A stretch of DNA of 64,000 nucleotides from IMG/VR virus record IMGVR_UViG_3300028384_001275, positions 1 through 64,000 of that record; one strand, given 5' to 3'. The notes under the pieces were generated by a model that had not been told where the DNA came from, searched no databases, and worked only from the letters and a program-made list of their open reading frames with translations. This document shows, one piece after another, positions 46,365 through 54,137 of the stretch. Within the stretch, counting starts at the first letter, position 1. The number at the start of each line of letters is the position of its first letter. The stretch comes from a virus. A program made the position numbers and the translations under genes.

Positions 46365-46911
46365 TAAACCTATAGTTATTGATAATTACTTTCCAGATTG
46401 GTTAGTTGATCATGTTGGAGATTATTTTGCTGGTTATCCTGTAACCTTTACAAATTCTCCAACTGCTGTATATGAAAATGCCAAATTCTTTGGCAATATG
46501 ATAATGACTGACGATCAATGGACTGTGCCTGAAGATATTCAGTCTTGGTTTATTGAATACTTTAATAACTGCATTTATTTTGATATTTGTAAGAATGATA
46601 ACATCACACATTGTCATCGCATTCTATTAAATGGGCAGGTGAAAGGTCAAAAATCACAGAATCACTGTGATTCAGATTATGATTGTTATTTGAGTGTGAT
46701 TTATCATGCTTCAGGCACATCTGGAAGCACAGTGTTTGTGAATGATTCTGATGAGGATGTGCAAGAGGTAGAGTTTAAGCCTGGGCGCATGATTCTCTTC
46801 AATTCTACACTCTGGCATCGTGGAGATCCACCAGTTGATGATAACTATCGTGTGAGTCTTGGTTGTGTTTATCCCATGGTGCCCATTCAGGATCTTCCCC
46901 ACCCCGTGTGA
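46354..46911 (+). CDS. 2OG-Fe(II) oxygenase
   Basis: VIDN, NGQ, HCD, G.T.F, PGR.ILF.S...HRG, R.SL. Confidence 0.8.
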   Translation: MKYDKPIVIDNYFPDWLVDHVGDYFAGYPVTFTNSPTAVYENAKFFGNMIMTDDQWTVPEDIQSWFIEYFNNCIYFDICKNDNITHCHRILLNGQVKGQKSQNHCDSDYDCYLSVIYHASGTSGSTVFVNDSDEDVQEVEFKPGRMILFNSTLWHRGDPPVDDNYRVSLGCVYPMVPIQDLPHPV

Positions 46912-46977
46912 CGGTCGGCAAGGTGCCCACTAATCTGGCACAGCACCTCTAAAGCATGTATATTAAAAGAGTCAAAG
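46908..46977 (+). promoter_or_regulatory. Early promoter module 1
   Basis: GTGACG-N10-TGCCCAC, 28 nt, TATATT within TGTATATTAAAAGAGTCAAAG. Confidence 0.7.
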
Positions 46978-46992
46978 GGATCGCACCAAACG

Positions 46993-47157
46993 ATGACCAA
47001 ACGCGAAGCAAAAGCTAACTTTCTGGCAGTATCTGTCCCCGAAGGTCTCAACGATAAACCTGCAATGCGTTACGCTTGGGGTTTATATACCGACCTACTT
47101 TGCAAAGAAGGTTACATCACCATGAAACAGTATGAAACCTGGACCTGCCCTTTCTGA
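46993..47157 (+). CDS. Small early protein (54 aa, not in ORF track)
   Basis: MTKREAKANF...WGLYTDLLCKEGYITMKQYETWTCPF; directly after module 1. Confidence 0.65.
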   Translation: MTKREAKANFLAVSVPEGLNDKPAMRYAWGLYTDLLCKEGYITMKQYETWTCPF

Positions 47158-47194
47158 CCGCAAAAGTTACATCAAACCTCCAACATTTTCTACG

Positions 47195-47434
47195 ATGTCT
47201 GACTTTATTTGTGCTTACTTTGGTAAAGATTGGACCATCACTGCCCGAGGATTTGCATCACTCAAGCAGGCAGAATCGCATGGTAAATACATGATGCCAA
47301 TGGCAGGATGTTTCGGTTTCGCTGTTATCTCAGAAGACCCAGATTCTTGGATTGTGTTTGATCAATTCAGCATGTTGTCTGGTAAAGAGACAGTAACTCG
47401 CGACGACTTCAAAAACTTCACTGTTTCCTTCTGA
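47195..47434 (+). CDS. Hypothetical early protein
   Basis: ATG at 47195; coupled to the next ORF. Confidence 0.6.
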   Translation: MSDFICAYFGKDWTITARGFASLKQAESHGKYMMPMAGCFGFAVISEDPDSWIVFDQFSMLSGKETVTRDDFKNFTVSF

Positions 47435-47601
47435 TGATTACTTCCAAGAGTCAAATGCTCCGCATAATGAAAAATTGTGATGGAGCAGATATTCTCACCC
47501 GAGAGGAAAAGTTTCAGGTATTTGTGAGAGTTTGCGACAACATGTTGGAGCAAGGTAGAATGACCAAAGCAACTCACAAACGTTTCACCCACATTTTCTG
47601 A
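47434..47601 (+). CDS. Small early protein (55 aa, not in ORF track)
   Basis: TGATG coupling both sides; MITSKSQML...VCDNMLEQGRMTKATHKRFTHIF. Confidence 0.6.
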   Translation: MITSKSQMLRIMKNCDGADILTREEKFQVFVRVCDNMLEQGRMTKATHKRFTHIF

Positions 47602-47741
47602 TGCCATCATTCACTGATAAACAACTAGAAATCATTCTTGATGCTGTTGAGGATTATGGTGTGCTAGCTGATGAGAATCTTGCCGACGATTGTGCTGAGA
47701 TTCTTGACATCATCGAAGCATACATGCTTAACAAGAAATAG
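47601..47741 (+). CDS. Small acidic early protein (46 aa, not in ORF track)
   Basis: MPSFTDKQLEIILDAVEDY...; stop abuts module 2. Confidence 0.55.
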   Translation: MPSFTDKQLEIILDAVEDYGVLADENLADDCAEILDIIEAYMLNKK

Positions 47742-47812
47742 GTGGACAGTCGGCAAAGCGCACACTGATCCACCCATTCGCCCCTAAATCCTGTATATTA
47801 AAAGAGTCAAAG
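47742..47812 (+). promoter_or_regulatory. Early promoter module 2
   Basis: TGGACA-N10-CGCACAC, 28 nt, TATATT within TGTATATTAAAAGAGTCAAAG. Confidence 0.7.
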
Positions 47813-47825
47813 GAATTCACACCAC

Positions 47826-48077
47826 ATGCAACTCACTTCCAAAGATGGTAACATGGTTGTTGACTTTTATCCCATCAAATTTGCAACGGGTGAAACTCAC
47901 AATCGTCTGATGCTTAAGATTGTTACTTTCATGGGACAATCTCAGTCTAAGCGTTACATCAACAAGAAAGAAATGCAGCGTGAGATAGATTCTCGCGTTG
48001 AGGGTTATGGTTACGAAGTAACCGAGATTCACACAATCCCACAACTCTTCAACTCTGCAATGGGGATGGCGTGCTGA
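47826..48077 (+). CDS. Hypothetical early protein
   Basis: MQLTSK.G.MVVDFYP start; first gene after module 2. Confidence 0.65.
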   Translation: MQLTSKDGNMVVDFYPIKFATGETHNRLMLKIVTFMGQSQSKRYINKKEMQREIDSRVEGYGYEVTEIHTIPQLFNSAMGMAC

Positions 48078-48379
48078 TGACAACTTACGAAGATGTGCTA
48101 GAGTATGAAAACTATTCTCCTTCAAGTCCTATGTCAATGATGAAACAAATTGTGATTGATAAGATGAATTCAAGTGACAATCGTGTGCCATTATGTGACA
48201 TCGACATGACATCAGAGGAGGAGAATTGTATTCTCTGTCTGCTTGAAGAATATGGTTTGGATGATCCTCTCTGGGGTGAAACTGTCCGATCTATTCTTAA
48301 CAAGAATCTGCAAAAACTGCGTGAGCTAAATGATACAACGTCTTCTGAATTGGTTGACAGTTCGTTTTACATTCTCTAA
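48077..48379 (+). CDS. Hypothetical protein
   Basis: TGATG coupling. Confidence 0.5.
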   Translation: MTTYEDVLEYENYSPSSPMSMMKQIVIDKMNSSDNRVPLCDIDMTSEEENCILCLLEEYGLDDPLWGETVRSILNKNLQKLRELNDTTSSELVDSSFYIL

Positions 48380-48382
48380 ACT
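48354..48382 (+). promoter_or_regulatory. Sigma70-type promoter
   Basis: TTGACA, 17 nt, TAAACT. Confidence 0.55.
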
Positions 48383-48408
48383 TGGTATACCTTACTATCC
48401 GCCAAAAA

Positions 48409-48663
48409 ATGAATCCAATCGTGAATCCTGACACAACTTATCACAGTCAAAGATTTGATCGACTCGTTGATGCTGTCGATGACTATCTTACTGATGAAGA
48501 TATATCTTCAGAAAGATTCTACAAAGACTTACTAGAGGCGATCAAAAATGGGGCAGACTATCACGATCGCTATGCGAGAAAGTATCATGAATCATACCTA
48601 AAAGTGTGTGGATTGTTGAAAGATGTCAGTGTGCCACCTGACGAGGTGTCCACTATCGGTTGA
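48409..48663 (+). CDS. Hypothetical protein
   Basis: RL.DA..DYL.DE pattern; ATG at 48409. Confidence 0.6.
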   Translation: MNPIVNPDTTYHSQRFDRLVDAVDDYLTDEDISSERFYKDLLEAIKNGADYHDRYARKYHESYLKVCGLLKDVSVPPDEVSTIG

Positions 48664-48687
48664 TCTGGACCCGTTTTCCTGTATTCT
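48631..48687 (+). promoter_or_regulatory. Early promoter module 3
   Basis: GTGCCA-N10-TGTCCAC, 28 nt, TATTCT. Confidence 0.65.
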
Positions 48688-48714
48688 AAGGACATGGAAA
48701 ACAACGCAACCACA

Positions 48715-48921
48715 ATGGTCTCACTGCTCCAAGACTCCAAATTCATCGATGCTATTCAATCGATGCAATCTTTCGCTTTTGAGATGAATCCTGACATCGA
48801 CATGTGTTACGATTATGTGTGTGAAATGGCAGGCATTTCCACCTTCGTTGCTGATGCTCCCGCATGGGATCTTTTCTACGATATGTGGGAAGTAGTTAAG
48901 GAGGAAAATGGTCTTGACTGA
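48715..48921 (+). CDS. Hypothetical early protein
   Basis: After module 3; acidic/aromatic. Confidence 0.6.
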   Translation: MVSLLQDSKFIDAIQSMQSFAFEMNPDIDMCYDYVCEMAGISTFVADAPAWDLFYDMWEVVKEENGLD

Positions 48922-48958
48922 CACTAAATCTTATCCACTGTTTTCTAATCTCACTAAA

Positions 48959-49195
48959 ATGATCATCTCTTCCGAATCTCGCACCATCAACAACATGGAT
49001 CATAAAGTTATCACTGCCGATGGTCTTGATCGTGTCCAGATTAACAATCAGCTCCACTATCTGAATGTGGAGATGGATAAACTTAAAGCGAAACAATCTG
49101 TTTTGCTTGCTGCTCGCGATGCCATTGATTATGAGTGCGAGCGTATGGAAATCGGCAACGATTGTGACAACTTGTTTGAGCAGATGTTTGAATGA
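48959..49195 (+). CDS. Hypothetical protein
   Basis: Coiled-coil-like; ends NLFEQMFE. Confidence 0.55.
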   Translation: MIISSESRTINNMDHKVITADGLDRVQINNQLHYLNVEMDKLKAKQSVLLAARDAIDYECERMEIGNDCDNLFEQMFE

Positions 49196-49239
49196 TTTCC
49201 CTACCTAATTACAGCAAACCACTCTCAACATTTCATCCC

Positions 49240-49443
49240 ATGATTACTGAAAAGGATCTCACTAATCTCAAAGAGAAGTATTTTGATTTCATCATTGATA
49301 ACATGGACTACGATGGTTTATGTCAATTAGCATGGGATGCGTTGAGTGATTCCTACAAAGATTCTTCATGGGATGATGTAACCGAAGAGATCAAAGATCT
49401 TTATGATGAAGAGACTCTAATCCAACTTATTCCAGAATCATGA
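49240..49443 (+). CDS. Small acidic hypothetical protein
   Basis: LKE.Y...IIDNMD...EEI...YDEE.L; alternative start 49192. Confidence 0.6.
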   Translation: MITEKDLTNLKEKYFDFIIDNMDYDGLCQLAWDALSDSYKDSSWDDVTEEIKDLYDEETLIQLIPES

Positions 49444-49574
49444 GAATTTGTCTTGCTGCTATTGTTATCATCATTACTGCTAACATTGGTCTATTAGCTA
49501 TCAACAAGGTCCAAGATCTTCAGGATCAAAGAATGCAGAAACTTTGCAAAGTTGATGCAACTTATTGCATGTGA
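49440..49574 (+). CDS. Small membrane-anchored protein (44 aa, not in ORF track)
   Basis: ATGA overlap; MRICLAAIVIIITANIGL...LCKVDATYCM. Confidence 0.55.
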   Translation: MRICLAAIVIIITANIGLLAINKVQDLQDQRMQKLCKVDATYCM

Positions 49575-49640
49575 CACCTCACATGCTGTCCACTCGGGAC
49601 GCTACGGCGTCCCTTTTCCTGTATATTAAAAGAGTCAAAG
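49571..49640 (+). promoter_or_regulatory. Early promoter module 4
   Basis: GTGACA-N10-TGTCCAC, 28 nt, TATATT within TGTATATTAAAAGAGTCAAAG. Confidence 0.7.
49596..49617 (+). terminator. Intrinsic terminator-like hairpin inside module 4
   Basis: GGGACGC-TACG-GCGTCCC-TTTT (UNCG tetraloop). Confidence 0.65.
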
Positions 49641-49650
49641 AAACGCACCA

Positions 49651-50889
49651 ATGATCACCCTTCGTCCCCATCAGTCCCGTGCTCTCGCAGCAATGAGCGC
49701 CGCTGATCACGGTCAGGTTATTGTGCCAACTGGTGGCGGCAAGACTATCATCATGATTGAGCACGCTAAGCAACAACTAGAGCAAAAACCTTCCACCATT
49801 GTTGTTGTCGCTCCGCGCATTCTCCTCGCTAATCAACTCAGCACGGAGTTTATGCAAACAATCAGCGCAACATGGACGCATGTTTGCCATGCTCACAGTG
49901 GCGAAACGCATTACTTTAGCTCTACCAAGAGTGACAAAATTGCACTCTTCAATGATACTGCACGGGCAGCAGGTGAGTCCTGCATCATCTTCACTACCTA
50001 CCACAGTTTGCGTCGTGTTGTTGATAGTGGCATCGACGTTGATGCTATCTATTTTGATGAAGCACACAATGCTTGCACTAAACACTTCTTTGTAAGTGTT
50101 GCTGCTATGAGTATGATTGCAGACAAAAAGTATTTCTTCACTGCAACACCTCGCGTCAGCAATAAGCATGACCGTGGTATGAATAACCGTGAGATCTTCG
50201 GTCCCGTTATTGAGAATGTCCCTGCCCCTGAGTTAATTCAAGGCGGTCACATTCTTCCCCCTACGATTGTCCCTTTCGAGACAGATCACACCGTTGATAA
50301 GAAGAATCCACACCTTGTGCATAGCAACACTGTGCAGGATATTATTGACAATCTCGATGAGACTGACGCTGCAAAAGTGTTGGTAGCTGTGCCATCTTCC
50401 CGTGTGCTGGGTAACATTCTGGGTCACACAGATCTCTTGTCTGAGTTGTCTGATCGTGGATATGATGTCCTCCACGTTACATCTAAGTTTGGCGCATATG
50501 TCAACAAACAGAAAGTTTCCCGTGAAACATTCTTCGACACGTTGACAGCATGGGGCAAAGATTCTGATCGTAAATTTGTACTCTTCCACTACAGCATTCT
50601 GTCGGAAGGTATCAACGTCCCTGGTCTCACTCATTGCATCATGCTCCGTAATCTTAACGTGGTTGAGATGGCACAAACGATCGGACGTGTTATCCGTCTC
50701 GATCCTACTGACGCTGCTAAATTGCAGTCGGGTGAGTTACAGCCTCAGCAGTGGGGTTTCTATAACAAACCCACAGGATTTGTGACTGTCCCAGTTCATC
50801 GTAACTACGGCAAAGCAGTTATTAAGCGTTTGCAGCGTATCACGGATGAAATTTTTGTAAAGGGAGTGCCTGCCACTGCATTAGTCTAA
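49651..50889 (+). CDS. Superfamily 2 (DEAH/ResIII-like) helicase
   Basis: LRPHQ, PTGGGKT, FDEAH, FTATP, LSEGI.VP, QTIGRVIR. Confidence 0.9.
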   Translation: MITLRPHQSRALAAMSAADHGQVIVPTGGGKTIIMIEHAKQQLEQKPSTIVVVAPRILLANQLSTEFMQTISATWTHVCHAHSGETHYFSSTKSDKIALFNDTARAAGESCIIFTTYHSLRRVVDSGIDVDAIYFDEAHNACTKHFFVSVAAMSMIADKKYFFTATPRVSNKHDRGMNNREIFGPVIENVPAPELIQGGHILPPTIVPFETDHTVDKKNPHLVHSNTVQDIIDNLDETDAAKVLVAVPSSRVLGNILGHTDLLSELSDRGYDVLHVTSKFGAYVNKQKVSRETFFDTLTAWGKDSDRKFVLFHYSILSEGINVPGLTHCIMLRNLNVVEMAQTIGRVIRLDPTDAAKLQSGELQPQQWGFYNKPTGFVTVPVHRNYGKAVIKRLQRITDEIFVKGVPATALV

Positions 50890-50944
50890 CCAGTCGTTGA
50901 AGTGGCACAGAGGCGCTTGTAGGTGCCTCTCCGTGCCCTATATT
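50888..50944 (+). promoter_or_regulatory. Early promoter module 5 (degenerate) with hairpin
   Basis: CCA-GTCGTTGAAG-TGGCAC, AGAGGCGC/GTGCCTCT hairpin, TATATT at 50939. Confidence 0.55.
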
Positions 50945-50997
50945 AGATACATCGGAGGGGCACAGAAGACCGCCTCTCTTCACTCTCTTTTCTCATC

Positions 50998-51348
50998 ATG
51001 CGTAAGATCGAATCTCAAATGTGTGCCGCAGTCCAGAAAAACATTGACTGGCAATCTGGTAACACTTCTGTTCACTTTGATCCTGAAACTGGCGTCTCTG
51101 TTGTGCGTCTTCATGGCAACAAGATCGCTGAGGTTTCTGATAACGACATGACAATTTTTGATGGTGGTTGGCAGACTACTACCACTAAATCACGTCTGAA
51201 TGCACTTTGCCAAGAATTTTGCATTGCTGGTGAAGGTGTTTTCCAGAAAAACTATCAGTGGTTTGTGCGTAAGTTTGTTGCAGAATCTCCCATCACTGGT
51301 AAAGTTTATAACGTAGAAGATTTTGAGAATGGTTTCATCTTTGCCTGA
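50998..51348 (+). CDS. Conserved cyanophage early protein
   Basis: MRKIE.QM...W...NT.V...LHGN.IA...DGGWQ..TTKSRLNA. Confidence 0.7.
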   Translation: MRKIESQMCAAVQKNIDWQSGNTSVHFDPETGVSVVRLHGNKIAEVSDNDMTIFDGGWQTTTTKSRLNALCQEFCIAGEGVFQKNYQWFVRKFVAESPITGKVYNVEDFENGFIFA

Positions 51349-51350
51349 TT

Positions 51351-51539
51351 ATGTTTGCAACACTTTCTAAGAAAAGATCCAAATCTAATCTCATCACAAT
51401 TCACATGAAATTCCTTCTTCTCGTTATCATCGGTGTCCTGATCTACAATAGCAACGACACTCGATTTTTTATCTCAGATCAATTAAACAATGCTGCTGAG
51501 ATTGTCCGCCCCGATCCTAACATTCAAATTCGTTTCTGA
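51351..51539 (+). CDS. Small membrane protein
   Basis: Single hydrophobic helix; alternative ATG at 51405. Confidence 0.55.
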   Translation: MFATLSKKRSKSNLITIHMKFLLLVIIGVLIYNSNDTRFFISDQLNNAAEIVRPDPNIQIRF

Positions 51540-51574
51540 TCTGCTATAATTACTAACAAAGCTAATTAACAACA

Positions 51575-52207
51575 ATGTCTGACAATCTTTCACCTAATCT
51601 ATCTGATTCAATCACACAGGAAACTTATGCTCTCTTCCCAACTCCTGTCACTAGATATCATCTCCGTAACCACGATGATATAAAGAAACAAATCCTAGAT
51701 TGGATGAAAGAGCAACAAATCCTCCCACAAAATCCTAGACAAGCAATCTGCCATAACGTCGCACAAATTGGTCCTAATAATGCACCAACTAACGACATTC
51801 CTGACTTAACTAAATCCCTCCTCCAAGCAGTTGACTTTCATAATGCTAACGCATCTGCTTACCAATCTAACTTCCAAATCTCAGATTCTTACCTAGAGTT
51901 AGCTAATGAAGGTGCAATCTATGCTCCTCACGAACATTCAAACTGCATCTATTCCCTCACCTATTTCATTAACTTTCAAGACTCAACTCAACACTCTTTC
52001 CTTAAATTTAGAAAAAATGTTGCATCTAATCATTACCCAATCCTTCAATTAGATTCTGATACCCCAACAGCATATAATCTCACAGAAGCAACATTTAACA
52101 TGGAAGAAGGTGATGTTATCATCTATCCATCAAATCTTACTCATGGTTTTGACTCTAACCCACAACAAGATAGAATTACCCTAACCGCTAACATCATCAC
52201 TGCCTAA
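51575..52207 (+). CDS. 2OG-Fe(II) oxygenase (TIGR02466-like)
   Basis: LFPTP, PHEHSN, EGD.IIYPS.L.HG, RI....N; TGcTATAAT extended -10 at 51542. Confidence 0.8.
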   Translation: MSDNLSPNLSDSITQETYALFPTPVTRYHLRNHDDIKKQILDWMKEQQILPQNPRQAICHNVAQIGPNNAPTNDIPDLTKSLLQAVDFHNANASAYQSNFQISDSYLELANEGAIYAPHEHSNCIYSLTYFINFQDSTQHSFLKFRKNVASNHYPILQLDSDTPTAYNLTEATFNMEEGDVIIYPSNLTHGFDSNPQQDRITLTANIITA

Positions 52208-52217
52208 ACTAACAACA

Positions 52218-52400
52218 ATGCCCCAAAGACTTCAACTCCTACTTGACCTCTATGATCAACAAACTCTCCCCCCTGATCAACAAATAGAAATGGCACAGTT
52301 TCTAATAGATACGGGACTAAATGAAACCCTCTTACAATATCAACAACTATGCGACTATTTCATCATTGAAGGACTATGTTATGATGTCCAATATACATGA
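52218..52400 (+). CDS. Small hypothetical protein
   Basis: Compact ORF after the oxygenase. Confidence 0.55.
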   Translation: MPQRLQLLLDLYDQQTLPPDQQIEMAQFLIDTGLNETLLQYQQLCDYFIIEGLCYDVQYT

Positions 52401-52411
52401 CTAAACTAACA

Positions 52412-52785
52412 GTTTTCCACAACTATCCGCGTTTCTGTGGAAAACTAAAAAGCATTAAATAAATATAGGTTGGTGTTTTATATGCCCTCCTAAATAGGTC
52501 CACAAATAGTTACCTCGGACTGTAACACATCGACTCTGAGTTTGTCAACTATTCTCGGAGACTAACACAAACTGCCCACAGTGCTTGACAATGCCCACCA
52601 AATCTGCAACAATACATACATCAACTCAAGGAGGAGTTTCTAACATCAACTGACTTATGGGAAGGACTTACAAACGCAACGACCTGCACAATAGCAGACG
52701 ACCCAAATCTATCAGAGAAAAACGACAGTTTAGCTCTGGTAAAAAGAGATCTCTTGATGATGACTTTTCCACAGACTTTTCCACA
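52412..52785. repeat. Four TTTTCCACA (DnaA-box-type) 9-mers
   Basis: 52413-52421 (+) and 52436-52444 (-) as an inverted pair; 52765-52773 and 52777-52785 as a tandem pair. Confidence 0.75.
52585..52613 (+). promoter_or_regulatory. Sigma70-type promoter
   Basis: TTGACA, 17 nt (ending TGc), AACAAT. Confidence 0.5.
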
Positions 52786-52845
52786 GGAAAGTATCAACAA
52801 AAGAATCAACGTATTGATGACACTAACTGGCAGGACAATCAATGA
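52657..52845 (+). CDS. Small protein with a basic N-terminus
   Basis: MGRTYKRND...RRPKSIREKR. Confidence 0.55.
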   Translation: MGRTYKRNDLHNSRRPKSIREKRQFSSGKKRSLDDDFSTDFSTGKYQQKNQRIDDTNWQDNQ

Positions 52846-52961
52846 ATGACATCCTTAACGAAGATTGGATCGATTCTCTACTACAAGAGGACGAATCCTT
52901 AGACATTGATGACTCTATCCCTACAGAGTTTGATGAAGACCTCCGAGGTGATTGGACATGA
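52842..52961 (+). CDS. Very acidic 39-aa peptide (not in ORF track)
   Basis: ATGA overlaps both sides; 15 of 39 residues are D/E. Confidence 0.5.
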   Translation: MNDILNEDWIDSLLQEDESLDIDDSIPTEFDEDLRGDWT

Positions 52962-53122
52962 AAACTATTCAACTCCCCACACATCCCCCAGTAAATATCA
53001 AGATCTGGGACAAACATAACAAACACTTTTGGCAATACGATTACGACGGTTGTCCTAAGTATGGTCCCTTCAAATCCTCTCAGCAGGCTATCGCTGACGC
53101 AGAGGTATATTCAAGGGGTTGA
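52958..53122 (+). CDS. Small hypothetical protein (54 aa, not in ORF track)
   Basis: GAGG RBS; MKTIQL...FWQYDYDGCPKYGPFKS.Q.A..DA; followed by GGGACAG/CTGTCCC hairpin. Confidence 0.55.
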   Translation: MKTIQLPTHPPVNIKIWDKHNKHFWQYDYDGCPKYGPFKSSQQAIADAEVYSRG

Positions 53123-53285
53123 CAACACTCTGGGGACAGTTATTCTGTCCCTGTTTGTATCATCCGCGAAGCGGGTATATTAAAAACGCCTACTTCCCTA
53201 ACCTACAAAAGTATCTCAGCGACCTCGATATATTAATCAAATGAAATTGCGGGTCCCCCCTACACAAAAAAATTTTCCAGGGTAT

Positions 53286-53369
53286 AATTCCTCCTGGGAG
53301 GTCTCTACAAAGACGACCTTTCGGGAGGAATTCTTATATATTATAGAATGCGCCGTAGAGACCTCTAGG
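53286..53369. other. Interleaved inverted repeats (pseudoknot or switch-capable element)
   Basis: AATTCCTCCTG (53286) pairs with CGGGAGGAATT (53322); GAGGTCTCTAC (53298) pairs with GTAGAGACCTC (53355). Confidence 0.7.
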
Positions 53370-53413
53370 ATCGCCTGTAGCGCCCTTCTAAGTAAGTTTA
53401 CGAGGTAATCATC

Positions 53414-53917
53414 ATGACTAAGAGAGATCAAGAGTTTATGTCTTTACAGGAGGAGTATGCAGATCTGTTAGGGCATGTATGGAAGGGGAATAAGATGTAT
53501 GGATGTTATGAGATTATTCGGAAGTATTACAAGTGGAAGTATGATTATGAGATGATTGACTTCAATGGTAGGAGGAAGTTAACGTTATTTACTGAGGATG
53601 CGATTAAGGAGCAAGGAGGTAAGTGGGTATATCGCTCAGAGTGGGGAGATAGTGAGATTGATTTATCAGAGCTACAGCAAGATGATGTCCTAGTGTTTAG
53701 ATTGTATACCACTGCACTGGACGGATCATATAGCGTAAGCAGTAGGCATAATCTTCCAAATCATGGTGGTGTGTATCTAGGCAATGGATTTATGTTGCAT
53801 CATCCATATAAGCATCATTCAATGATTGTTGATTTACAAAATGAAACTAACTCAGTTTATCTAATGTCATGTGTAGGAGCGTTAAGGTCTGGTGAAAACC
53901 TGGACAATGCTACATAA
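53414..53917 (+). CDS. NlpC/P60-family protein (lambda gpK-like)
   Basis: GCY.IIR.YY, D.L.F, NHGGVYLG.G..LHH Cys/His/His set; GAGG RBS. Confidence 0.7.
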   Translation: MTKRDQEFMSLQEEYADLLGHVWKGNKMYGCYEIIRKYYKWKYDYEMIDFNGRRKLTLFTEDAIKEQGGKWVYRSEWGDSEIDLSELQQDDVLVFRLYTTALDGSYSVSSRHNLPNHGGVYLGNGFMLHHPYKHHSMIVDLQNETNSVYLMSCVGALRSGENLDNAT

Positions 53918-53939
53918 AAGTAATAAGGCGTATAGGGTT

Positions 53940-54107
53940 ATGAGTAAAAGGTATGTACTAGAAGTGCAAGAGGATGAGTATGGTGATGTATTTGTGACAC
54001 TACCTGATGAGTTACTTGAGGAAGCTGGTTGGGATGTTGGTGATGTGTTAGAGTATGAGGAAGATATTGATGGTAGTGTAATACTACATAAAATTATTGA
54101 AGAGTAA
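53940..54107 (+). CDS. AbrB/MazE/SpoVT-like DNA-binding protein
   Basis: V.LP.ELL...GW..GD.L.......GS..L.K. Confidence 0.65.
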   Translation: MSKRYVLEVQEDEYGDVFVTLPDELLEEAGWDVGDVLEYEEDIDGSVILHKIIEE

Positions 54108-54137
54108 AAAAATCGCGAAAAACCGCGTTTTAAGATT

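Noticed and set aside
46957-49640. The 21-nt repeats as a CRISPR array or att sites
   Set aside because: Spacing is 0.8-1.8 kb with genes in between; each copy contains a -10 box upstream of an ORF; no integrase seen.
53286-53369. HDV-like ribozyme, since the stem order resembles P1-P2-P3-P4
   Set aside because: The L3/P1.1 and J4/2 consensus residues and the 7-bp G-started P1 are missing on both strands; kept only as an unclassified structure.
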